A DNA stretch of 64,000 nt from Lytechinus pictus (lineage: Eukaryota): positions 248,001 to 312,000 of the forward strand of contig NC_087252.1 in the NCBI RefSeq assembly GCF_037042905.1, given 5' to 3'. Below are positions 1 to 13,100 of this stretch, piece after piece (the stretch's first letter is position 1; every line of letters starts with the position of its first letter). The notes under the pieces were generated by a model. That model did no database searches, had not been told where the DNA came from, and saw only the letters and a list, made by a program, of their open reading frames with translations. The translations under genes and the position numbers were made by a program.

Positions 1-130
1 CCCGCTGCGCGGGCGGAGCTCTCTGGGTTACATCTTGGGCAACCTCTAACGTTAGCACGACAGCCGCGCGCCCGAACACTACAGGGTACAGTAGTGGCGC
101 GAGTCCCCGCGCCGCGCCGCGCCCGGGATC
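1..130. promoter_or_regulatory. GC/CpG-rich patch, possibly the edge of the gene 1 promoter or first exon
   Basis: Dense CpGs in otherwise AT-rich DNA, about 1 kb upstream of the predicted ATG exon. Confidence 0.3.
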
Positions 131-258
131 AAATTATTCATTTATGCTGTAGAATCTGTTCATTAGTTTTAGATAGCTTTGGACACTCTGCATGAATGTT
201 GCAGCCTTACCTGTATTGAGCAACCAATGCATGAGTGAATGGCACTACCGGTACTTAA

Positions 259-975
259 TCCTAAAAAGACTGGGCCTGGGGGGGAGGGGGGCTGATTCAG
301 CCCCCCTCAACATTTTTTGACTGTGCGCTCATTGAGTTTTTGCATTCAAGTCTTGCACAAGTTTTGAGACCAAATTTGCGACCCCCGGGTACGCGGTTTC
401 GAAATTACGCAAGATTTTGTAACAGCATGCAGAATTGCAGACCCAAAATGGCACAAAAACGTGAATTTGTGTACAAATCCAATTCAAATAGAGTTTTTAG
501 CCCAAATTCATAAATGTATCATTATTTTTCCTTTTGCAGATTGAAATCAATCAATTCCATCTTATTTATGCTCCAAATAAAGTCCCCAACAATTTCCATA
601 GAAAAAAACAATAAAAACAGAAAGTCAAAAACCAAGAAATACATAAGAAATTTAGAAAATAAATAAATAAATTTAGAAAATGATTGTGATTTTGAATTTT
701 TTTGACATTTGATGAGATTCATATAAAGTGTCAGTGTACCAAAAATTAGCATTTTAGGGGCATTATTTAGTTAATTAAAGCAACATTTTGATTTTATGCA
801 TAAATTAGCATAATTAATTAGCAAAGAGATTTTTCGCACAATTTGATCTAGTAGTTCTGTAGATTATGCCATGGGTAACGCGCGTGCCGAACGACGGCCG
901 AGACAGTAAGGGGGGCTGAATCAGCCCCCTCCCCCTAGTCTTCTTAGGTATCGAAATAACCCAGTCTATTTAGGG
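259..975. mobile_element. piggyBac-like non-autonomous element
   Basis: TTAA flanks at 255-258 and 976-979. TIR TCCTAAAAAGACTGGG / CCCAGTCTATTTAGGG. Subterminal GGGGGCTGA(A/T)TCAGCCCCC palindromes. Confidence 0.75.
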
Positions 976-1149
976 TTAATCATTGTTCTATTTTCTTCCT
1001 GATTACATTTTGCCTAGTCTAGACTTATGAGTATAAAAATATAATCGAGCTTAGATGTAGCTTGTTATTTGCGACTTCAAGTTCAACTCAGTCACACTTC
1101 ACATCCAGATGTCCTTTGATTCTATTTATTTTATAGCTAATCAATCATT

Positions 1150-4100
1150 ATGTTTGATAACATAGATCCAACTCAAGACAGAAATAATGTTTCTGGAGAT
1201 GTACATATTTTTGGAGCAATTTTGGGTCCGACTTGTACTGGTACGAATCGGTATGCTTATGTTGCGTAAACCAAGATATCCGACCATTATAAATTTGGTC
1301 ACAAAAGAAGCGCAGGAATCAAAAGAAAAAAGTAAGCGAGCAGCCCTGTAAAAAAAAATGCAATTAATGGTCATGGAAATTGTCAGGAGGGGGGGGTTGG
1401 TTCAATTACCCCCCCCCCTCCACAGTTCACCGGGTTAGTTTATCAAGGTAATACAAGCCTAATAATTAAATAATGAAGCTATATGAACAGTTTTCAATTG
1501 GCCGTCCCTTTTTCAGATATGTTGTATAGATATTTTGCAAGTGAAAGTTCATGTTTGGAAACAATGGCTGAATAGAAATCAGTGACTATACAATGATGAG
1601 ATATGAGATTGAAAATTGAATAATAATTCTTCAAAGTGATTGTTATAAGGGAAGTTGTGCCAATTCCGATTCTGGAATTAGGAAGATGCGGGTACTATAG
1701 ATATTATTTCAGAAGTCCATATTACTGTTATCTTTTTAGGTCTGAAGAAAAGGAAGTAACGACTGACTCAGAGCAATCAGTGGTGTAAGTATGATATTTA
1801 TCTCTTAGTGGGTCATATTTTTTTCATGAATTCTATAATCTGATTGGTCATTTTGTTTGTGAGACAAAACTGTATTTACGGTTTTACCTACCTGCATTTT
1901 ACATTCTGTACTTGGTCAAAAAGATCAAACCAGTTGAGCCCGCATCACCAGTTTGGTGTTAAGTTGTTTTAGTTCTGTTTTGATTGTTACATGCATGCCC
2001 ATTGCTGATTTCTAGTTTAACCCTAATTCTCCCAGGGTGGGGGGCCATAATTGCCGCCCCCCCTCTACAATTTTCGCAATATATCTACTGCGCAAATTTT
2101 ATTACCTCGCCACTCACTAACTTTTTACTTTCAAGCCTTGCGCAAATTTTGAAACCAAATATGTGATGCATGGTTACGACATTACGCAACATGTTACTGC
2201 ATGTCAGACCCAAATTGCTCATAAACATGATAATGCATATTGTATATTTAGCCAAAATTCATGTATCCTTGTACTTTTACTGATTAAACTTAATTACACT
2301 GTAATTTTGCCTTGCTTATGATCAGAATTAAGTCCGAAATGATTTCCATTGAAAAAAACAATATAAGAAACAAGAAGTAAGAAAATATAGAAATACATAA
2401 CAAATAAAAAAAAAACAATAAAATATAAGAAATTGGTCTTGGTACCAGAATTTTTTTTCATTCACAATTGTTAGGAATGCTATAAAGAATATTTTCCAAA
2501 AAAATATTCAAGGAGCTTTATTTAGTGAATCAGAGCAAAAAGAATGACTTCAAAAATAAATTAGCATATTTAATTCATATAAAACATGAATTCAGTGAAA
2601 TTTACCAATGCAACTGTGTAAATTACGTCATTCTCTACCATCATGCAAATTTTTCGTTATGATCGCGCAACTCGCGGCTGAGATCTTAAGGGGGGGGGGC
2701 TATAATGCCCCCCACCCCAAGAATCAGAATCACCTGGGAGGTTTATGTTTACACAGTTTTTGATTGGGAGAGGGGAGCAAGTTGTTAAATAATAACAAAA
2801 TATATTTGGTTATCTTCCAGCAATAGATAAATAGTCTGTAAGAATGTAATGTTTGATCATCAAGGTTTGCATGTACGTACGATTACGCCTGCCAATCCCC
2901 ACCCACTCCAATTTTTTTTTCAAGAACAAAACAGAAAACAAAGTGGGGAAAGGGAAGGAACAAAGAAATTTTGAAATTGGAAAGTCTAGAGAGAGTCACT
3001 CCATAATACCACTTTATTTCCAATTAGGGAGAATCATATCACCTGGTTATCTTGCTTCCCTCTATTTTATACCCTGTTGTTGACACCTTTTATACAGTCT
3101 AGGAAGCGAATGTCTATTGAGGGTTTACAAAATAACAGTGTGTATGTACATGGAGTTGAATAACTTAAATGCTAAATCCATTCTAATAGATTCAAGAAAA
3201 AAATTATGGAGCAATGATTATCTTGTTTGGAATTCTGAAAGAATTTGGTTTTTGATGTATGTGTTGATGTAGATTGAGGTAACATGTAGAGGAATAATCT
3301 ATCCAGATGAAGATGTGTATATTACCATTCATGTATGTAACAGGAAGACAGTTCAGACATCAACTCCTGGCAAAGATGGAACTGAGGTCCAAGTTCTTCT
3401 CGATAGGTAGGTCAGCATTTACCAAATTAGGGTACCAATTTATTCCCCCACCCACTGTGAGTAGTGCTGGAGGCACAAAACTTTCAATTGTCCGTTTATC
3501 CTGTTTTGTTTGTGTGACATCTCAAGAATCCATCGGATCATGTCTGGATTTGGGACTGATTATCTGATATTGATTTTATTAGTCAAAGATTGATAGTCAC
3601 AGTGGTCATTGTTCTAATTACTCGAGAAGCGTTTGGCATTTTAACAGTTATGTTTATTAATTTCGGAGGATCATGTTAAAAATATATTCATGATACATTG
3701 ATTAATTAACTAATCAAGTTATGACTTCAAACTGTGTTTATGCATGAACCTACTCTTCTTTTCAAATAAAATCATTTGTGTTAAGACTATGATTACCAGT
3801 GTAATTAGATTGAAGTGACGGTTTTCACATTTTCAGAATAAAGTTACTGTAAGTATAATAATAATACTAATGCAGTTCTTGTTTAGGGCTTATCACATTG
3901 TCATAGCATCCCTTTGTTTTCCAGGGCTTAGATATTTTAATAGGGATTATTGAATGGTTTTGAGTTATTGTTAATACATTTAAAGTTATGCTTAAAACTC
4001 ATCTTTTTAAATCTTAAGGACGTTCCACAGTTATGTTTGTGCGCATTATGATCTGCGCATAGTTTACACTCTGCGCCAGGCTAGGAATTAATTTTTTTTT

Positions 4101-7100
4101 TTAGGGGCTACTTTTTTTTTTACATTGGGGCTACCACTGAATATCTTGGGGCTATTTTCTAATTCATGGGGCTACTTTTTTATCGCATATCAGCAATTAC
4201 CTTTTGACATTCCGAGACTCAATGTGATGCCTAAAAGCTCAGAACATTATTAACTGTAATTACTGTAGGCTACAGGCCTTAAAATAAACAACAGTGATCC
4301 CACCAGAGCAGTGGCGTACCTAGGATTTTTCACAGGGGGGGGGGCAAATTCGTCCGCCCAAAAATGTGACAAGCAAAAAAAAAAAAAAGTCTTCAACCAC
4401 AAATATAAGATTTCGTACCAGAAAAAAATTGACAAGCAAAAAAAAAAAGTGCATGGGTTGTGACTCGTCAGGGGGGCAGACTGCCCCCCCCCCCGTACTA
4501 CGCTAGTGCACCAGAGCTTCAGCTTCACACACTTCAGATTCAAGCCAATCGAAGCCCCAAGACTTTATTGTTGATTGTCTCTGTACAGTACTGTTTCTTT
4601 TTGGCTTATCCTTCTCAACAGTATCTCGATTTGGAAAGGCTTCTGGCGCTGGCTCTGGCCGTTTGGCAGAGCCAGGTTGAACTCGAATTAGAAACTTATC
4701 CATCTCGCACTCCGACTCGACGATGTCGATAATCAGCGCTGTCACAATCACCAGCTGATCGCATACAATTCTGTGCGCGTGCATGCCTAATACACATAAT
4801 ATACCGTACGATCCACGTGGTCTCGTTACCAGCTGTGCAGTCTAATCGTGCACGCGTACATGTACATAAGCCATGCGGCAAGTGCGTCAATAATTCTAAA
4901 ACCCCCGTGCTAAAGACTATGCGTACTCCGCATCCCATATTGCATTGCGCATTTATTTTACAATCGCGAAGCTTCCGGTGTTACGGAAGGTTCGGATATT
5001 GCATCGACCGTTCAACTTAAGTTAAACTTAAAGCTAGCAAGGGCGATATAAAAGATGCGCTTGCTCCGCCGCTGGAGAACGTAATTATGTGTAGTATTTT
5101 TTATATTGTCGATGGCATTTTATTGGGGCGATTCTGAAATAAAAAGTCGCCCCAAAGCATTGGGTTTTGAGAATTTTTAGGGGCGATTTGGGCTGTCATG
5201 GGGGCAAAATCACCCGTCGCCCCCGTGTAATTCCGACACTGCTCTGCGCGCTGACGTCACAATGGATGAACAGGTGATTGATTAGCTGCGGGTATGAGCT
5301 GATTTTTCTCATATTCTGCACTTTAACTGCAGATCCGATGCGTTATTTCATGAAGCTAAAAATGGAATTATTCCATGGACCATTCAAAAAAAAAATTTCT
5401 ACAATTTCAAAATAATTCACTTTGCATTGCTGCCAAGAATCACGAATATTACCCCGAGTTTGAATAAATGGTAGAGTGGTTTTGATTTTTTCTTCACATA
5501 GATACAAAGCATTCGGCGCATTTTTGGTGTTTTAAAAAGCACAGTTGCTCAAATAAAAATGCTAATAGTTTAAAAACAAGCACATGGACCCCTATTTTTT
5601 AAAGTTTGTACCTGTTAGGTATACCTTCCTCTACAACTCTGCAAATTTTGGTGAAAATGACATGGATTTTGAATAAAGTGCAGCATTTATTGTACGTTTG
5701 TAGTATGTTACTAAAATTTTAAATTTTTTAGATTGGGGTTTTGTTATAGTTTACGCCTTTTTTATGAATTGCCAGCGCTGTTAAACTTAAAATTGCAAAC
5801 AAATAGCACTATAAATAGATTCTCCATTCAAACGATACAATTATTAACTCTTTTGCGAAATTTGATGACTTTTTCATGTATTTTGACTGAGTAATAGAGG
5901 GAGGTTTAAACTCATTGTAGTAATCTTGGGCGGTCTAAAAATGCCAAATTCTTTTGAATGCGCAATTCTTAAGAACATCAATTTGGGTGAATTTTGAAGC
6001 TCTAGAGCAAAAAATCAAGCACATGGACCTATGTTATTTTTTGCATATTTCGAATATTAAGGTTCTAAAGTATCTATGTGCAAAGTTTGGTGAAAATGAC
6101 ATGGATTTCACTTTAACTGTGGAACGTCCTTAAATTGATCATATGATCATATGTTTATTGGCCCATTTGATGGTATTTCTTTATGCATGATTTGTTGATA
6201 AAGTTGTAAGTTGTAATATTAGTTTTGATACATTTTGTTGTGCAAAGTATTTCTATTTCTATTTCCTTTATACTTCATTTTCCTTTCTCTAAACCGCTTA
6301 GAGGCAATTTTGCAATTTTGCGGTATATAAATTTTTTAAATATTATTAAACCTACTCTTCTTTTCAAATAAAATCATTTGTGTTAAGACTATGATTACCA
6401 GTGTAATTAGATTGAAGTGACGGTTTTCACATTTTCAGAATAAAGTTACTGTAAGTATAATAATAATACTAATGCAGTTCTTGTTTAGGGCTTATCACAT
6501 TGTCATAGCATCCCTTTGTTTTCCAGGGCTTAGATATTTTAATAGGGATTATTGAATGGTTTTGAGTTATTGTTAATACATTTAAAGTTATGCTTAAAAC
6601 TCATCTTTTTAAATCTTAAGGACGTTCCACAGTTATGTTTGTGCGCATTATGATCTGCGCATAGTTTACACTCTGCGCCAGGCTAGGAATTAATTTTTTT
6701 TTTTAGGGGCTACTTTTTTTTTTACATTGGGGCTACCACTGAATATCTTGGGGCTATTTTCTAATTCATGGGGCTACTTTTTTATCGCATATCAGCAATT
6801 ACCTTTTGACATTCCGAGACTCAATGTGATGCCTAAAAGCTCAGAACATTATTAACTGTAATTACTGTAGGCTACAGGCCTTAAAATAAACAACAGTGAT
6901 CCCACCAGAGCAGTGGCGTACCTAGGATTTTTCACAGGGGGGGGGGGCAAATTCGTCCGCCCAAAAATGTGACAAGCAAAAAAAAAAAAAAGTCTTCAAC
7001 CACAAATATAAGATTTCGTACCAGAAAAAAATTGACAAGCAAAAAAAAAAAGTGCATGGGTTGTGACTCGTCAGGGGGGCAGACTGCCCCCCCCCCCCGT

Positions 7101-10100
7101 ACTACGCTAGTGCACCAGAGCTTCAGCTTCACACACTTCAGATTCAAGCCAATCGAAGCCCCAAGACTTTATTGTTGATTGTCTCTGTACAGTACTGTTT
7201 CTTTTTGGCTTATCCTTCTCAACAGTATCTCGATTTGGAAAGGCTTCTGGCGCTGGCTCTGGCCGTTTGGCAGAGCCAGGTTGAACTCGAATTAGAAACT
7301 TATCCATCTCGCACTCCGACTCGACGATGTCGATAATCAGCGCTGTCACAATCACCAGCTGATCGCATACAATTCTGTGCGCGTGCATGCCTAATACACA
7401 TAATATACCGTACGATCCACGTGGTCTCGTTACCAGCTGTGCAGTCTAATCGTGCACGCGTACATGTACATAAGCCATGCGGCAAGTGCGTCAATAATTC
7501 TAAAACCCCCGTGCTAAAGACTATGCGTACTCCGCATCCCATATTGCATTGCGCATTTATTTTACAATCGCGAAGCTTCCGGTGTTACGGAAGGTTCGGA
7601 TATTGCATCGACCGTTCAACTTAAGTTAAACTTAAAGCTAGCAAGGGCGATATAAAAGATGCGCTTGCTCCGCCGCTGGAGAACGTAATTATGTGTAGTA
7701 TTTTTTATATTGTCGATGGCATTTTATTGGGGCGATTCTGAAATAAAAAGTCGCCCCAAAGCATTGGGTTTTGAGAATTTTTAGGGGCGATTTGGGCTGT
7801 CATGGGGGCAAAATCACCCGTCGCCCCCGTGTAATTCCGACACTGCTCTGCGCGCTGACGTCACAATGGATGAACAGGTGATTGATTAGCTGCGGGTATG
7901 AGCTGATTTTTCTCATATTCTGCACTTTAACTGCAGATCCGATGCGTTATTTCATGAAGCTAAAAATGGAATTATTCCATGGACCATTCAAAAAAAAAAT
8001 TTCTACAATTTCAAAATAATTCACTTTGCATTGCTGCCAAGAATCACGAATATTACCCCGAGTTTGAATAAATGGTAGAGTGGTTTTGATTTTTTCTTCA
8101 CATAGATACAAAGCATTCGGCGCATTTTTGGTGTTTTAAAAAGCACAGTTGCTCAAATAAAAATGCTAATAGTTTAAAAACAAGCACATGGACCCCTATT
8201 TTTTAAAGTTTGTACCTGTTAGGTATACCTTCCTCTACAACTCTGCAAATTTTTGTGAAAATGACATGGATTTTGAATAAAGTGCAGCATTTATTGTACG
8301 TTTGTAGTATGTTACTAAAATTTTAAATTTTTTAGATTGGGGTTTTGTTATAGTTTACGCCTTTTTTATGAATTGCCAGCGCTGTTAAACTTAAAATTGC
8401 AAACAAATAGCACTATAAATAGATTCTCCATTCAAACGATACAATTATTAACTCTTTTGCGAAATTTGATGACTTTTTCATGTATTTTGACTGAGTAATA
8501 GAGGGAGGTTTAAACTCATTGTAGTAATCTTGGGCGGTCTAAAAATGCCAAATTCTTTTGAATGCGCAATTCTTAAGAACATCAATTTGGGTGAATTTTG
8601 AAGCTCTAGAGCAAAAAATCAAGCACATGGACCTATGTTATTTTTTGCATATTTCGAATATTAAGGTTCTAAAGTATCTATGTGCAAAGTTTGGTGAAAA
8701 TGACATGGATTTCACTTTAACTGTGGAACGTCCTTAAATTGATCATATGATCATATGTTTATTGGCCCATTTGATGGTATTTCTTTATGCATGATTTGTT
8801 GATAAAGTTGTAAGTTGTAATATTAGTTTTGATACATTTTGTTGTGCAAAGTATTTCTATTTCTATTTCCTTTATACTTCATTTTCCTTTCTCTAAACCG
8901 CTTAGAGGCAATTTTGCAATTTTGCGGTATATAAATTTTTTAAATATTATTTATTGAGTGGGACGCGTCAAATTATTGTACAAGCTAAAGAACTATATTG
9001 GATGAGTCGGAGACAAATCCAATATTGTTCTTCAGCGAGAAACAGTATTTCTACGCATCTAACGAAAATGGGTCATCTAGAATTAATATTTAGATACCCC
9101 CACAAAGCTAAACATAGATTAATGAATAAAAAGTGGGGTTTTATTTACCATTTCATGTTAATCCTGTAAATCATGGCGACTGAATCTTGTCATGCTTTAA
9201 ACATTGAATTCAATAAACTGATATGATCTCGTTCCCTTGCCACACCTTGCAACTAATACGCCATGCAATTTTATTGTGACGTAACAATAGCTTCATGCAC
9301 AATATCAATTATTTACCAATGATAATCTTGTGGGCGGGGCAAAATATTAATTTCGTCCAATTCATAGGCATGCACATAAAAATTAAGTTTTAATATTTTG
9401 TCTCTTTGAAACAACCTCGCAAGACGTCAAAATATATATGCGACTCTAAAACCATACATCTAAATAATAATATGCAATATACATTATGGGATATACATGT
9501 AGTTCAGAGCTGGCAAAGGCAGAGGCATAGATTTTAGCTATGTGCAGTTGAGAATCCGTCTTTAAATCAGTTTTGAATCTAACACAAGTATCACATTTTT
9601 TATGATTGTCCCAAAAGATAAAAACTTATTCTTGAGTCAAGTACGCCATAATCACAATTGTATTTAATCCTCCTACTTTTAATTTTCTTATAGCTCCTCA
9701 GATGATTTATCCATGCCGTCATCACTTCATTCAAAACAGTGAGTTTATTTATTTATGTGCCCCCTTACCTAGTTTTGAAGGCCAAATGCAATGCATTTTT
9801 TTATTTTACCCAGCAAAGGAGTTGAACAGGGGGAATTACATTTGGTATACATGTATAAGATTTGGGGCTATGATGACAAAGGTCACAAAAGAAATAAATA
9901 GTGCATCTGAAAATTACCTTCCCTTGCAATACATGAAGAATATAGTGTGAAAAGTCAAAAGTAACTCTTGTTAATGCATTGAAATATTAGTATATCAATG
10001 TCTTATTTTTAGTATCCAGAGTGACCACAAATGAAATGTCTAGAATCTATACTATGCATTTCTTTTTATTTCATTTTTTAAAATATAGTTTAAAATGTAA

Positions 10101-13100
10101 ATTCTTTTTAAAAATCTACAATTATGTCTGGCCCTGTTATTACTTCAGCCCTGTTATTACTTTATGTATATATTACCCTCCACCCCCCCCTCTTTAGTCT
10201 TCGTAGGCATCAAAATAGCCCAGAGTTTTTAGGGTTAGGTGTAACAATTTTAATTTGAATAGGCTGTGAATAATTTTTGTTTTGCCAAGGTTCAGTTGTT
10301 TTTAGTGTACTACTTTGATTTAACTCATGCCAATATGATTTTTTCATATTTTGGGTGATTTTATAAAAAAAGTAATAATTTGTTTTTTGGTCAAGTATGT
10401 TGTTATCTTAATTGTATTAAATCCTCCTACTATTAATTTTCTTATAGCTCCTCAGATGATTTATCCGTGCCGTCATCACTTCATTCAAAACAGTGAGTTT
10501 ATTTATTTGTACCCCACTTTATATAATTTGTTGGAGAGCAACAGAAAAGCATTTTTGGGATCATTGACCTTTTATGTCACTGCCCATCATTGTAAATGGA
10601 GGCATTGTTTTTTCAGGTTGTCTGTCCATCTGTTACATTCTCATGATGAAGAATCATTTGATGGCTCATCTTCAAGAACTTTGGCCATACATGTATGAGT
10701 GACAAACTGATTAGATTTTGTTATATTGAGATAAAACATCACAGAGGTCATCATAAACCGTACATATAAATGTGGTAAGAGACAATATGTGGATAAAGCT
10801 TTGTTCCTGGAATATTGGGTCAAAGGCTGCCCTTGCACAGGTCAATGTATGCTTAAACATCCTACTCTGATGATTTTTGTCTCACCTGCATAGCAGAGTG
10901 AGACTATAGGCGCCGCTTTTCCGACGGCGGCGGCGGCGTCAACACCAAATCTTAACCTGAGGTTAAGTTTTTGAAATGACAGCATAACTTAGAAAGTATA
11001 TGGACCTAGTTCATAAAACTTATACATAAGGTTAATCAAGTATCACTGAACGTCTTGCATGAGTTTCACGTCACATGACCAAGGTCAAAGGTCATTTAGG
11101 GTCAATGAACTTTGGCCGAATTGGGTGTATCTGTTGAATTACCATCATAACTTTAAAAGTTTATGGATCTGATTCATGAAACTTGGACATAATAGTAATC
11201 AAGTATTACTGAACATTCTGTGCAAGTTTCAGGTCACATTATCAAGGTCAAAGGTCATTTAGGGTCAATGAACTTTGGTCAAATTGGGGTATTTGTTGAA
11301 TTACCGCCATAACTTTTAAAGTGTGTTGGTCTAGTTCATAAAACTTGGACATAAGAGTAATCAAGTATCACTGAACATCCTGTGCGCATTTTAGGTCACA
11401 TGACCAAGGTCAAAGGTCAAGGAACTTTGGCCATAATGGGGGTATCTGTTGAATTACCATCATAACTTGGAAAGTTGATGGATCTTACTCTTGAAACTTG
11501 GACATAAGAGTAATCAAGTATCACTGAACATCCGGTGCGAGTTTCAGGTCACATGATCAAGTTCAAAGGTCATGTAAGGTCAATGAACTTTGGCCACGTT
11601 GGGGGTATTTGTTGAATTACCATCATATTTCTATAAGTGTATGGGTCTAGTTCATAAAACGTGGAAATAAGAGTAACCGAGTATCACTGAACATCTTGTG
11701 CGAGTTATAGTAGTTTTCAAAATCAGCACTGCTGCTATATTGAATCGCGTGATGCAGGTGAGACGGCCAGAGGCATTCCACTTGTTTTTTATGTAATTGC
11801 TGAATCAGATTCAGATTTGTGTACATGTATTTACTTTGACATGATAGTAAACTAATTGCAATCTCAGTCTTATTTTGCAACATTCACAGCTGACAGATGA
11901 GCGCAGGCTAAATCTGGTTAAATAATAATTCCAACGTTTATAACCCGCACACTAACAAGGTTTTCTGCTATTTTATCTTGAAAGGCGTGTATCTGGAGCA
12001 CTGTCAAGTCCACTGCAGCAGGAAGAACTTGATATTGACAATGCAGATGTTCATGAGTAAGTTAATGTACATTAGAGCTAGAGCCTAGAACTAAGTAAGA
12101 AGGCGCTAAGACCTTAGCCTAGATCCTTTTTACTTTATAACCGAATTGAATGGCACGACGGAAAGCTTAGAATTTCGGCCACTTTGCAAGCCCAAGATTG
12201 TAAGTGAGAAACGCCTTAAAATACATTTTATGCGGTAGGCCTATTGGGTTTAGTTGTTTTATTATTTGCAGTACGGTATAATAATTACCGCTCATAAAAT
12301 CGTACTCGCTGCTCACGTAACCCAGCCCAGGGACAGGGGCTCCGGCCCGCGAAGCGCGCCGGAGCCCCTGGGACTGGGTTAACTCGCATAACCCACCACA
12401 CTAGGTTAACTCTAGTCTTGAGGACTCCATGATGATGTCTTTTAAAACAAATTTGACATATACTTCTTCATCATGGAGTCTTGAATCCCTTCCCATACAC
12501 TTATATTATAACCTCCTTCTTGCACTTTAACTCCCAAAAGTGTAAAGTACCGGTACTACACATAGGCCTTGGAAATGTCAAACACTCCTACTCACTCGGA
12601 GAAGACGTACTTGAGCATACCGCAGTGGAGAGAGACCTTTGCATACTGGTTGAGAGCACCAAAAATGATCTATTCCATCAGAAACTGCACATACACAGAG
12701 AGATTAAAGGACAAGTCCACCCCAACAAAAACTTGATTTGAATAAAAAGAGAAAAATTCAACGAGCACAACACTGAAAATTTCATCCAAATCGGGTGTAA
12801 AATAAGAAAGTTATGACATTTTAAAGTTTCGCTTCATTTCACAAAACAGTTATATGCACATCTCGGTCGGTATGCAAATGAGGGAACTGATGACATCATT
12901 CACTCACTATTTCTTTTGTATTTTATTATATGAAATATGAAATATTTTGATTTTCTCGTCATTGTCACGTGAAATGAAGTTTCATTCCTCCCTGAACAGG
13001 TGGAATTCCATTATTTTAACATTTTGTGCTTCAGGCAAGGAGGTCCTAATCATCAAATTCGTAAAAATTGAAATATTGTATAATTTAAACAATAAAAAAA

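Larger units (their letters stand above)
4018..6129. mobile_element. Kolobok-like non-autonomous element (second copy 6620-8733)
   Basis: TTAA TSD and perfect 16-bp TIR GGACGTTCCACAGTTA with GG..CC termini. Confidence 0.8.
3747..8951 (+). repeat. near-perfect head-to-tail tandem duplication, ~2.6-kb unit (3747-6348 and 6349-8951)
   Basis: Identical text at offsets 2602-2604. Duplicated ORFs 4503/7107, 4696/7300 and 4817/7421. Confidence 0.95.
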
